NCBI GenBank assembly: GCA_046563655.1
Contig: CM102288.1
Location: 1,922,001-1,986,000 of the forward strand
DNA from: Yuukianura sp. NJ FZ-2021
Taxonomy: Eukaryota
DNA length: 64,000 bases
Direction of reading: 5' to 3'
A program made the position numbers and the translations under genes. This document shows, piece by piece, positions 51,682 to 64,000 of the stretch (the stretch's first letter is position 1; each line of letters starts with the position of its first letter). A model generated the notes under the pieces. That model was not told the origin of the DNA and did not search any database. It worked only from the letters and a program-made list of their open reading frames with translations.

Positions 51682-54118
51682 ATGGACAGGAATGGAGCCA
51701 GCCAACCACATAAGGTAACCCTGGATACTAAATTCTTTTGAATCTTACAGTTTTAAGGCTTCCTAAATCACAGAACAGAAGGCAGCGAATGTAGGTCAAT
51801 CAATATCAAACTTCAAGGGAGCCTTCATACGCCCTTCTTTACTGAACATCGTCGTCTCTTATGTTTATTCTAGTGATGATTTAGAATTGATGAATTCCTA
51901 AGTTGATAATTTGGTTTATGTTTTGTCAATTAGTCGACCAAGGGTCACACACTTACGCGTTCGTTGGCGGTGGTCGGAGATGATGACGGGATGTCGCAGA
52001 AGGAAGGCTCTTCAGAATCAGCTGATCAGGATGACCTCTTGCCCTTTATCAAGGAAACACTCAACAAAAACGTCAAGGACAGGAACCTCATACTCCGGAC
52101 GGAAGCGGAGTTGCTCCAGTTCATAAACTCACAAAGGTAACTCGAAAATTCGTATATGAAACGATTCTGGCAACTATTAATCGTTTGCTTGTTTCGTTCC
52201 AGCCAAATGCTTCCTTTACCAGGGCCTTACTCTTCTTACCAGCGTCTCCTCATTCATCGAGTAGCTGCCTACTTCCAACTTGAGCATAACATTGACAATT
52301 CAGGATCTGGAATCATCATCTCCCGGGGAGAAAAGCCGTTAGCGGAAGGTCACCGCGTCAAGTTCAGGGATCTCATCCTCACCAACCTCAGTCACGAGAG
52401 TCACGAGGAAAATCAAAAGAAGCAACGAAAACACAATTCGCGCAATCAGGTCAGTGATGGATACTTCCGAAGTACCCAGCAGCAAGTATCTCCGAAGTTT
52501 GAAAGATGAAAATGGCTAACCTTTGATTCTTTTTGCAGACCCCACCTCAATGGAGCTTAGCACCTCAGCAGAGAATACTCAAAGTGGCTTCGTTCGACGA
52601 AGGACGAGCCCAGCCACAGCCGCATGTGGCCAAAGCCTTTTCTTTTGGTGGTTACCCCAGACATCACAATTCTAACGCCCTCCACAAACCTCCCAATACT
52701 CTCAGTAAGCAGTCTTAAGATTAAAAAATGCTGCCAGTATTGTATGTTAAATGTCAATGTTTGTGTTTAGGTGCTGAAGCAAGTCTGTCTCCAGCCAGCT
52801 CAGGATACAAGTCAACTTCTTTTCCTTCCATGGAATTGAGGACGCCTTCACCTGCGGGGTATTTTCCTGCTAGGCACTTTTCAAATTTTGTAATATAGCG
52901 GAACCCACTTTTTGAAATTTCAAGGTCACAAATTGTAACTTAAAAACTTTTTCCTTTCTTATTTCGAGCACTATCAACGCTGACTCAACTTTTTTCATAA
53001 TTTTGGAACTGTAGAATATTTCATTGCTAACTTTCCGCTAAAACTTCTCAGGGAATTTCAACTTTTGACGCTACAATTTTGTTTTTGTTTTTTTCAGGCC
53101 TTACTTCCCCTCGGCAGACGAAATTAGCGCTGGAGGCCCACCACCCGCCCCACCGCAGTCCCACCTCCCTCCAACTCCAATCACTCCCACCAACAACCCA
53201 TCTAGTCAAGGGCAGGAACTCGTTCTTTGGGCAGTCTCGGATCTTAAAAGCGTTCCACCGGGAGCCCTTCTAATTGACCCTGCAGTAAAATTTTAACTCT
53301 AAATTCAAAATTCAATTTCATTTTTCGAAAAGTCGCACCTTTCTGTTCTGAAACTTTGGAATTTTACAGACGCTGTCTCCACTTCGGTACGCTGGTCAAG
53401 AGGAAGCCATGTCAACCTACCAACCTACTATGCAAGCTCCCCAAGCTTATTACCCCCCACCGCCCCCACCAATCCCACATCCACATACGTACAACTACTA
53501 CGAGCATGTTGGAGACATTAGTCACTGGTTAGCCGGAATTAGTCTCAACCCACAACAGCAACAGCATCAGTTCAATCAGTATTACACCCATTCCCAACCA
53601 CACGCGCACACGCAGTAAGGAGTTTGGATTTCACAGAATCACAAATTGTCATAACTCCAAATTTTAATTTTAATTTTAGGCCACATCCTACGTTCTGCTA
53701 TCCCCAACCGTATAGCTACTACCCCCAACCAGCTCGACTCCAGCACGGTGCCAGCGGTGTGACCGGACCGCCGCTGCGATTCTATCTTCCGCAAGCCACC
53801 ATGGCCACCAATCCACCGTTCCTCCTACCAACTCCACCGCCTGCACAACAGTTCTCACCCAAAGGTTATACTCCTCAGGAATATGTCCAGGCTCAGGCAA
53901 CAACACAAAGTAAATACTTGGCACTATGCAGCTAGTAATTCCCGTCTAAAAATTACTAGTGACTTGATATTTTCTTTTGTCCAGGTCTCCCACTTCAGCA
54001 GCCATACCAACAACGATGGTCCTACCATAGTCAATCAAGTGTAGAAGGGAACTCGAGGAGTCAATTTCAACAAGGACAAGGAATAAGACAACCAAAGCAC
54101 AACAATCGACAAAACTGA
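51682..54118 (+). CDS. R3H-domain RNA-binding protein (ARPP21/R3HDM/encore-like), multi-exon
   Basis: DLLPFIKETLNKNVKDRNLIL and the R3H motif SSYQRLLIHRVAAYFQLEHNID, followed by a P/Q-rich C-terminus. Confidence 0.8.
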
Positions 54119-55282
54119 AAAGCAATAACCAGTACTTCCTTCACTTCCTTCTCCACAGTTGGAATCATCACAACAATTTAGGAAAAGCGATTCCTTCTTT
54201 TTAGCCTATTTATTAGTCACTCTATTAATGACGGAAACGGATTAACGATTACCCTAAGAAATAAAATTTTAAAAGTCAACGTTAGGTAATTAGTCATCAG
54301 TACCTATATTTCTCCGGTTTCGATTTTTCGGTACTAATTCAGTACCTGTACTAAATTTAGTACCTCCACTCCAGCCTGAAGGTACTAAATTTCTTACAGG
54401 TACTTAAGCATTCGAGTACTAAAGTTAGTACCTGAGGCATTCAATTACATTCATGCTAAATACTAGCTAATCATAATTAGTAATTGAATTTTTAATTAAT
54501 CCTTAGCAGGTGGTTGTTCAATTCAAATATATGCGAAGTTCCAAGTCACGTGAAATTTTATTGCTTCCCATGCTTTCTCTACGGAGTATTTTTGTATTTA
54601 CGGACCATCCTGTACACAGATATGAGCAAACGTTTCAGAGGTGTGAAAAAACGAATCTTGCCAAACGTTATTGAAGCTGTTAGTAATTCGACAAGGGCGA
54701 AATATGTTGAGAATATTGAAAAAATTTATACTAAATTAGTTAAGTTTTAACGTAATTGTTAGTGTTAATTGATGCCCTTACATGTTAAGTAGTTGTGTGG
54801 TTATGTGGAGCCGTTGGGCAGAAATTGATCTTGGAAGCGTCAAAAAGGCCGACAGAGGCAGCACATCATCGTCTCTTCATCATCATCTTCTCCTGTTCAT
54901 CACATCTTCTTGCTCTTCCCTTTGTCGTCTTCTGTCTCCTCGAAAATCAATCGGTCAATTAATTTAGTACTCGCAGTTTACAGTTAGTAAGTGGGACTCA
55001 AGGGACGACTGCACTCTCTTTATTCCTTTTGACAATTTCCCATATTTAGTAAGTACTCATCCATTATCTGTCGTTTTTTAGGCGTATGATTCACTTGCTA
55101 AATTGCATGGATAAGAAGGATAGTATTTAGGAAACGTTTAAGTTGTAATCAGCTGTGTGGTTTCGGTTTCACGTTAACATTACTACAGCATGCGTGTGGT
55201 TTTACAGTGGAATCGGTGTATGAGAGATTGATATTTTTAGAATTGGGTAATTGAACTTTGTTTAAACTATTTTAGGTTAGCC

Positions 55283-55990
55283 ATGGCAGATTTCGAGGAA
55301 GGAGACTTCGAGGGAGCCCACTCCGGTGCTTCAGAGACATTTCCGATGCAATGTTCTGCCCTTCGCAAAAACGGACACGTTATGATTAAGAATCGCCCTT
55401 GCAAGATTGTTGAAATGTCTACTTCGAAGACGGGTATATTTACGTCTCAGTTCAGTACATCGCTGGATGTACGATAGTTTGCTAAGGTTTCATTGTTATT
55501 TATCCTTTAGGAAAGCACGGACACGCCAAGGTCCACTTGGTTGGTATCGATATTTTCACTGGCAAGAAGTGTGAGGATATTTGTCCTTCGACTCATAACA
55601 TGGATGTGCCTAATGTGAAGCGCGAGGACTATCTCTTGATGGACATCATAGATGGGTAAGTACTTTCGAAACAATTAGCAATCCTTATGTCCTTTCAATG
55701 TACTTTTTATCTCTGCCATTACAGCTATTTGTCCTTGATGCATGACGGTACAAAGGACATCCGTGAGGATTTGAAATGCCCAGAGGGAGACGTTGGTGAA
55801 CAGGTAAACAACTGAAGCAATAGCCAACCTATTTAATCTCAATTGAAATCGTTCTAATACGTTTCTCTTTTGGTTACTTTAGCTTAAGGCGGAATTTGAC
55901 GCTGGAAAAGATATCCTTTGCACTGTTTTGAAGGCTTGTGGTGAAGAGGCAGTCATTGCCATCAAGCCCAACACTGCCTTGGATAAATAA
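55283..55990 (+). CDS. eIF5A: Eukaryotic translation factor 5A, 4 coding exons
   Basis: [15 protein letters not shown], hypusine loop STSKTG/KHGHAK and [13 protein letters not shown] at 55988-55990. Confidence 0.97.
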
Positions 55991-56631
55991 GTTTTCCTTT
56001 CTTTTGAGATGTTTATACTGAGCCAGAATAAACTACAACAAAAATTTAAAGCTCTTCTTCAGGAGAGAGTTCAATCATTGGATGAGACAAGGACCCTTAA
56101 AAGCCTACACTACTCTTCAACACTCCAAAAACCACGTTAAAAACATAATAAGTCTCCCTTAATTTCTTATTATATTAAACTAAATAACACTTTTCTCTAA
56201 ATAACTAAAATTACCAAGAGTCTATGACTGGAGAAATATTTCAAGAAAGGGGAAACTGAAAATGCTCAAAATAAAAACGATTTTCGTGGGCTACAGTCTG
56301 GCTGAGCAAAGTTAAAGTTTTTTTTCCTGTTTTTAGCTTAAAAATTAAAAACTTCATGAATATAAAGTGTTAATTATTAAATTTATTATGTTAAGTGTCT
56401 GAATTTATTCCGAAGAGTTAGATAAACTTCCCTGGCTGTTAAAAATCCATGTTGACACGTGGAATAAGATTATTTTTGAGGCTTTGTTTTTGTTAACGGG
56501 GTAAAGAGTAGAAAAGAGTCATTTCCTATCAATCGTTTTTTTTTCCTTCATGTAAGTGGGAAATGGATTCAGCGATTTTGTTTTTCATTTCCTTCAGTTT
56601 TTGTTTGTTTTAACCTTGAATTTGAATCTTC

Positions 56632-57820
<1,189 letters not shown>

Positions 57821-58829
57821 CTTGATCCTTGATTTGAATTACTCTGTCGATTAACCTTAATCAATTGGCTAGTTCTTAACAACCAGTTAACAAACTAATC
57901 TGTACACAATACTGGCAGTATTATACTGCTAAAGAGGTTAGCTGTTACAAAATGGGCCAACTAAAAACGAAGAGAAAAGACAATGACCAATTACTGATTT
58001 CCTATACCCTAATCAATATATTGATAGCACTTGATACAACCAGAGTAAAAATACAGTTACGAGCCTCCCAAGAGGTGACCTCAAGGTCACTTTCAATTAG
58101 TAATTGAGTGTCTCTGTTATTTGAATACGCCCTGGGATGATGACAGGCAGGCTGAAGTGAGAAAGTGCCTCTTCCGCCAACGTTGCCGTCTCTTCACTCT
58201 CACTTTTACCAATGGAATTTCCCTTCTGACGTCAACACTCACTCATCCTTCTTTTTGCAAATTTAAATTAACCCGCCTTTTCCAGTAGTGTCCAGAACAC
58301 TAATTACTCACTCTAGAAGTTCGTAATTACTCGAAATAATGAATTACTTTTAGACAAATTCTCTACTGAAAGATGTGAAAGGAGTCCAACTTTCTTTGGA
58401 ATTTTTTCGCCCTATGGCAAATTACACGCCTTGTTTTTCAAAAACCAAGCTTTCTTTCTCTTTTTAGCCTCGGGGGGTTTAACTTCAGAAATTTTTTTTT
58501 TTTTTTGAACTTTCGGGATCAAGCGAGGTCAAGTTTAGGCTGAAGAGGTCAAGCAATTCTAATGTAAGGTTGGTTTATTTCGTAAGGTTTAAGATCGTTG
58601 AGCCTAAACTACTTGAACTACTAAGGAAGTAATTACAGGTAATTACTTTTTTTTAGTAAGGGTGTGGTAATTCATTTGTAAAAACTAAAGTTACTAGAGG
58701 AGTCTTGCAATCGTAGAAGTGAAAGTAAGGTGAATAAATAAGAGTTTTCAACAACATAGAAAGTAATTAAGAGTAATTGCGGTGAAGTAATTGCGAAGTA
58801 GTTGAGTAATTTTTGGTGAAAGTTGATTT

Positions 58830-60007
58830 CTAAACGGACATGAGCCAATCCATGACGTTTGACTTTCTCATTGGCTTTTCTACGCAAGACTGATCTGCTT
58901 CGTACATCTTGACCTTGTCGAGTCCAAGTACTTGCAGGGTGTGCCTGGCTTGTTGCATGACTTCAAGCGACGGATGCCTTGACCGGGTCAACAACCAGAT
59001 TGTTTCTGCAATAAAGTAATTCAATTTGTATTTCGAGTAATTCAATTTGTATTTCAAGTATTTCAAGTAATTTACCTTCTGCCTTTGACATCATGTTGAC
59101 ATTGCACATGTACTCGATTGAGAAATTTTCGTAGTCAGTGGCCAGCACTCGGTACTTTTTCTTGATCCCTAAAATAAAAGCGTCATCAAAAGTTAAAATG
59201 TTTTTAAAATTGTTAAAATTTTTAAAACTAAGTTAAAATAATTAAAATTTTGAAAAATTTTGAGTGTTTTACAGGGCATGGCTGGAACTGCATAAGTAAA
59301 GAGTGACGGATCATGAACTGGATTTGGTAGATTCACTGTTGAGAAAAACGTATTTGGTGAATTCGTCCTGAAATCAAAAGTTGAAAATCATCATTTTTTT
59401 TAGAAATCGACAAAATAATCATTTTTGTTGTGGTTTGCTTTAAAAAGTAGTAAAACTTGATTTAGTTTTGAAACTGCACTTTTTAACAATAGGTGCGTGA
59501 GGAGTGTCAATTTTCTCACGTCGATTTAATGACACTTAATTAAAGTTTCACTTTTTCTTAGAAAAAAACAAACTTACAGGCGCGTTACGTAGTCCATTCT
59601 CATTTTTAACTTGTTTACATTAGACACATCTCGCTAAACAAAAAATAGACAATACAATTAAAGTTTAAATCAATAATTAACAAATTACTAATTAAAATGT
59701 GCCACTTACATAATAAAATGACGACCAACATTTTCCTGGAAGTTCGCTCACTGTTGGCGTCTTTTCCATTTGCCACCATCGTCCAAGATACTAACAAACA
59801 ACATTAAATTTTCAACTTTCAACTGTTTCAACTTTTAACTGTAAATTAATATTAATTAACTTTTTTTTTAACTTTTAAACTTACTTTGTCAATTTGGAAT
59901 CCAAGCAATGGCGGATATCTGTTGCAAAGGTTAGACTCTTTAGCGGTGACCCCAGCCAGAAGCAGTAGCACTGCGCCTGCGCAAATCCAACCTGCTACGA
60001 CCTTCAT
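58830..60007 (-). CDS. Secreted lipocalin (apolipoprotein D-like), multi-exon
   Basis: Signal peptide MKVVAGWICAGAVLLLLAG, SCR1 YLGRWWQM, SCR2 VLATDYENF and SCR3 WLLTR. Confidence 0.8.
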
Positions 60008-60463
60008 CTTCACGGTTTGAACAAGAACTGTGAGACGAATTTGCAGAGTGATTTCTCACCTCAAAATCATCTTACTTTCCACTTGACTCCACTTTGACCT
60101 CCTTCAAACCTGATTCCTTTACACTTGACCTCAAAAACAGTTTTTACCAATCCTCCCTTAAAACTCTCACTTTCCATTTTTTTCAATAAACAAAAGGAAA
60201 CTAATTTGACAATTCCGTGTTTTCACGTCCGCAATGAGCGGAAGCTCATGAACACGCTTTTTCGTGTACCTTTGAAACCAACTTTTTAATGTAATTCCCC
60301 TCTCGAATTATTGTCTAGAAGCCGTTTTCTCTTGTTACTAAACATAAAAATAAGTAATTTTACATATTTGTAATATAAAATATAAAAATTTAACTATAAA
60401 AATATAATTATTTAACAATAACTATTACCTATTTGCCATTTTGTATTGCCAAGTAAGCCACGC

Positions 60464-60647
60464 TTCCGATCAGGATCAGCTCCGATCAAATTCTGATCAG
60501 TTCCGATCAACTTCTGATCAGTTCCGATCAAGTTCTGATTCTCTACGATCGTATTCTGATCGGATCCGCTCAAGTTCTGATCAATGAAGATTAAGCTATG
60601 TTCTTATTAAGTTCTGATCCCTTCCGATCAGTGATCAGTTCCGATCA
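60464..60647. repeat. Degenerate 10-11-bp GATCA-containing repeat array just 3' of the LRR gene
   Basis: Repeated TTC(C/T)GATCA(G/A) units. Confidence 0.75.
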
Positions 60648-63600
60648 TCGTCTCATAGGAGTCTCGTCGTACTGAACAAAGTATGGAAGGGAAGCGTAAA
60701 GTTGTTGTTGTTGAGCGAGATGCAGGGCTTGCATGTTGATCGGTTGCAGAGAGGCCATGTTTCCTTGTGGTTGATGGTAAAGCGAATGATGTGAGCGTAC
60801 TGTCGCGGCAGCTCCAGTATGCGGATACGGTGATTTGCAAGTACATTTCCCCTGGGGGTGATGATGATGCTGATGATGCGGCATTTGCTTGTGACCTTGA
60901 CCTGCCATGACATGCATACTTTCTGGACCTCCCGACCCTCTGCGCAGACAACACACCAGCGTTAATACGAAAATCACGAGAAGGCTAACCACTCCTCCGA
61001 CGATTCCTAGGATTAGGTTGTCCATTGCATTGGTGTCCATCGACGACGAAATTTTTGGCGTCGTCGACGGCGGTTGTTTCTGTTGCGTCGTTGAGGCAGT
61101 TGGAGTTGTCTGTGGCAGTGACCAAATTATGTCATCAGTTGTTGTTGGTGTAGTTTGGGTGGGATAAGTTATATAAGTCTCAGTAGTTTTCGATCGCTGC
61201 GCAGGCGTCGTTGAACTGACGCTGGAAGTCGATGAACAAAGTAATAAGTGTGGCTGGATTTGGCTTATAGGCGTTCCTTGTAGCGCTGGAGGAGAAGCAC
61301 ATGTCGCTGAAGAGTCAATTCCTTGGAGGTATTTAATTAAATGGATTGCATTGCAGTCACAGTGTGGATTGATTCCCAGAATTCTTATATTTTGGCTCAG
61401 AATTGGTGGTGATATGGTCAGAATCTGTGAATCTGAGATGTCAATCAGCACATTAGAAGACGCCGGAACTGGAACAAGTATCGGTGGCAGTGCTGTTAAA
61501 GAAGTGTTTGTCATCAATATTTGCACATTTGGAGAACTCAGTCCCGCCAGCGCTCCAGTCGAAACGCTGCGAATCGCTTTTCCCCTAAGGGCAATGAATC
61601 CCAGCCTTGGAGACAATGCTGGATGAATTTGATCCAAAATCTGATGATCTTTCACTTCAAAATCAATTTTTTCCAAAAAGTGCAAATTTGCTAAGATTCC
61701 CTTAATGTCAATGTATCCCAGTTTAGGCGTGTCCCGGATTTGAAGTTCCGTTAACAACGGTAAGTTGAGTGCTCCTTTTTCTAGTCTCGTCAACTCCCGA
61801 ACGCTGTTTAGTATTAAGCGATTCAGCGACGCTGGAAACGGTGTTCCCCGAAGCGATTCCAGTCTACTTCCGGATAAATCCAGCGAAGTTAGAGTTAGAG
61901 GCAGATCTTGCGGTGGATTTTTTAGTGGATTTCCAGCCAAATTCAGCAAATTCAGCAGCGTTGTCCGCTTGAAAGCTGTTTTCGGTACTTCCGAGACAAA
62001 ATTTCCTTGTAAATCCAGTTTTCTCAAAAACGGAATTTCAATTGTCGGTAAATTAGATACATTCGTGTAGGCCATATTCAAAGTCCGAGTTGTTTTGGGT
62101 TCATTGAGCAGCGTCATTTGGGCTGCAGGAGACAACGGATTGTAAGAAATGTCGAGATGCTTGACATTTACCAGCACATTTGAATTTGGCGGAACAGTTG
62201 AAATGGAATTATTGGCTAAAGACAGTTTTTCTAAAAAGAAAATTTGTGGTTGAAGTGCAACTGTTGGAAATTCATGCAAAACGTTATTGCTCAAGTCAAT
62301 TTCAATCAATCGCAGTACAGTTGTGCGTGCAAAAAGTTGCGGCGGAAGAGATGACAAGTAGTTACTGGCCAACTTGAGCTCAAGTCGAAACAACCCGCGA
62401 AATAAATTTTCATCCAGTTCTTCTATCTTGTTTTCCGATAAATCCAGGATTTGCAGTTGAGATGAATTTGAAAACGGTTCGATCGGAAGAGTTTCAATTG
62501 CATTAGAATTTAGTTTGAGAGAGCGCAGACGCGGGAAATTTGAAAACGAAACTTCATGAATATGGCGTAACATGTTACGTGCAAGTGAAAGTGAAGTTAG
62601 GGTATCCGGTGGAAGTGACTCCATAGGGAAGAAGGTTAACTGATTTCCAGAAATGTCCAGTGAAGATACTGCGGAGATATTTCCAAATGCTTGTGGGAAT
62701 ACATACGTTATTTTGTTATTTGCGAGTGACAGGAATTTCAGGGCCGGAAAAGATCCCAAAAGGCCGCGGAACGAACTGAGTCCGTTTCCCGCCAGCATCA
62801 GCGATTTCAAATTTTCAGCGTTTTGTAAAAACAGCGATTCTTGGAGATTGGTCAATTGGTTTTTGCTTAAATCCAGCATGCGCAGTGATGGAAGTCCACT
62901 TAAAGGCTGAATTGCGCCGATTTCGTTTGAAGACAGATTCAACCATGTCAGAGCTTCCAAATCTTGGATTTGGCTGAAATCTGAAATTTTGTTGCCAGAG
63001 AGGTCAAGGTGGGTCAAATGCTTGAGTTGCTGAAAAGCATTGAGTTCTAACTTTGATACTTCGTTGTTCTGGATATGAAGACGAGTCAGTTGCGGTAAAA
63101 GTAGAAAATTATGGGACAAGATACTGCCAATATGATTGTGTGATACATCCAGAGTATGCAAAAGTGGAAGATGTAGACGCGGAATGGACGTGAGATTGTT
63201 TCGACTTGTGTTGAGGTCAAGCAGTGACCCTGGCCAGTGCAGTTCTTCGAGCGACTCAAGTTGATTTCCATGCAAATTCAGATTTTGTAGTTGCACTAAA
63301 TGTTTAAGCGATTCTGGAGGAATGTGTCGAATGAGGTTATTGGCTATGCTGAGTCCAGTTAGATTTGTAGTAGGAATTCCTTGAATTGCTGTGATTCGGT
63401 TGAAATCAAGATGGAGTCGCTTGAGGCCTAAAATAGAATGGAGTGAGTCCATTGGAAACAGAAGGAGGTTGGTATCGGACAAATCCAACGTTCGGAGATT
63501 CACGAGTCCATGAAACAATTTTTTCGGTATCTGAAAGTACAAAACGAACAACAATTTTAGTTGAAAAATTAGTTGAAAAGGGTTTTAGCAAAATTTCAAA

Positions 63601-64000
63601 GAATTTTGACGGTTTGACGTACAATGCGCAGTTGATTGACAGAGAGGTCAAGCGTTTCTAAGTTTCTGAGATGCATGAAAGCATTTTCAGGAATTGACGT
63701 CAAACGGTTCCTGCTGAGGTACAAACTAGTGAGACTGCGCAGAGGTGCAAAATCGTCTGCACTGACATTGTAAATCAAGTTGGCTGACAATTGAAGTCTT
63801 TTCAATCGAGGGAATTGACCTAACGAATTTCTTGGAATTTCACGTAAAAAATTGTTGTCTAGTGCCAGTTCTTCTAGAGAGGTCAATCCTAGATATTGAA
63901 AAATTTAGTATGAACTTTAAAAATTTTAGAATTTTTTTTTTTCAAAATGCACCCAAATTGAAATTTTGAATTTGATTTACCTGTAAAAGCGTCTGAATTG
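60645..64000 (-). CDS. Large leucine-rich-repeat type I membrane protein (chaoptin/artichoke-like); 5' part lies outside the window
   Basis: More than 20 LxxLxLxxN repeats, LRRCT NPHCDC...CASP, a Thr-rich stalk, TM segment LILGIVGGVVSLLVIFVLTLVCCL and a short cytoplasmic tail. Confidence 0.85.

Overview
Gene-dense eukaryotic DNA with short introns, most likely from an arthropod (inferred from the gene set, not verified). Host genes, in order: globin (3' part), MTERF-like, mRpS23, mitochondrial pyrimidine nucleotide carrier (Rim2/SLC25A36), TMEM47-like, tyrosine decarboxylase (Tdc2), a Pax3/7 (gooseberry/paired-like) gene, an NCKX exchanger, WIP/verprolin, an atypical Rab, FAM134/RETREG-like, neprilysin, an R3H-domain protein, eIF5A, Cdc42, a lipocalin and a partial LRR membrane protein. 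The main finding is a 6304-bp Ty3/gypsy-type LTR element at 7092-13395 (minus strand). Its 382-bp LTRs look identical by eye, and it has a 4-bp TSD, a tRNA-Arg-type PBS and a PPT. It encodes Gag, a -1 frameshifted protease and an integrase, but no reverse transcriptase or RNase H. In the env position it carries an intronless RRP6/EXOSC10-like DEDDy 3'-5' exonuclease with all catalytic motifs, followed by HRDC and fused to a CCHC zinc knuckle and an Arg-rich tail. Secondary findings: a Pax3/7 gene apparently lacking the RED half of the paired domain, a possible alternative Tdc2 C-terminus, a Rab with an altered G3 motif and no prenylation site, two MITEs, a long palindrome and enrichment of AGGTCA DR1 repeats. 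Gene models were assembled by eye and no database searches were run.
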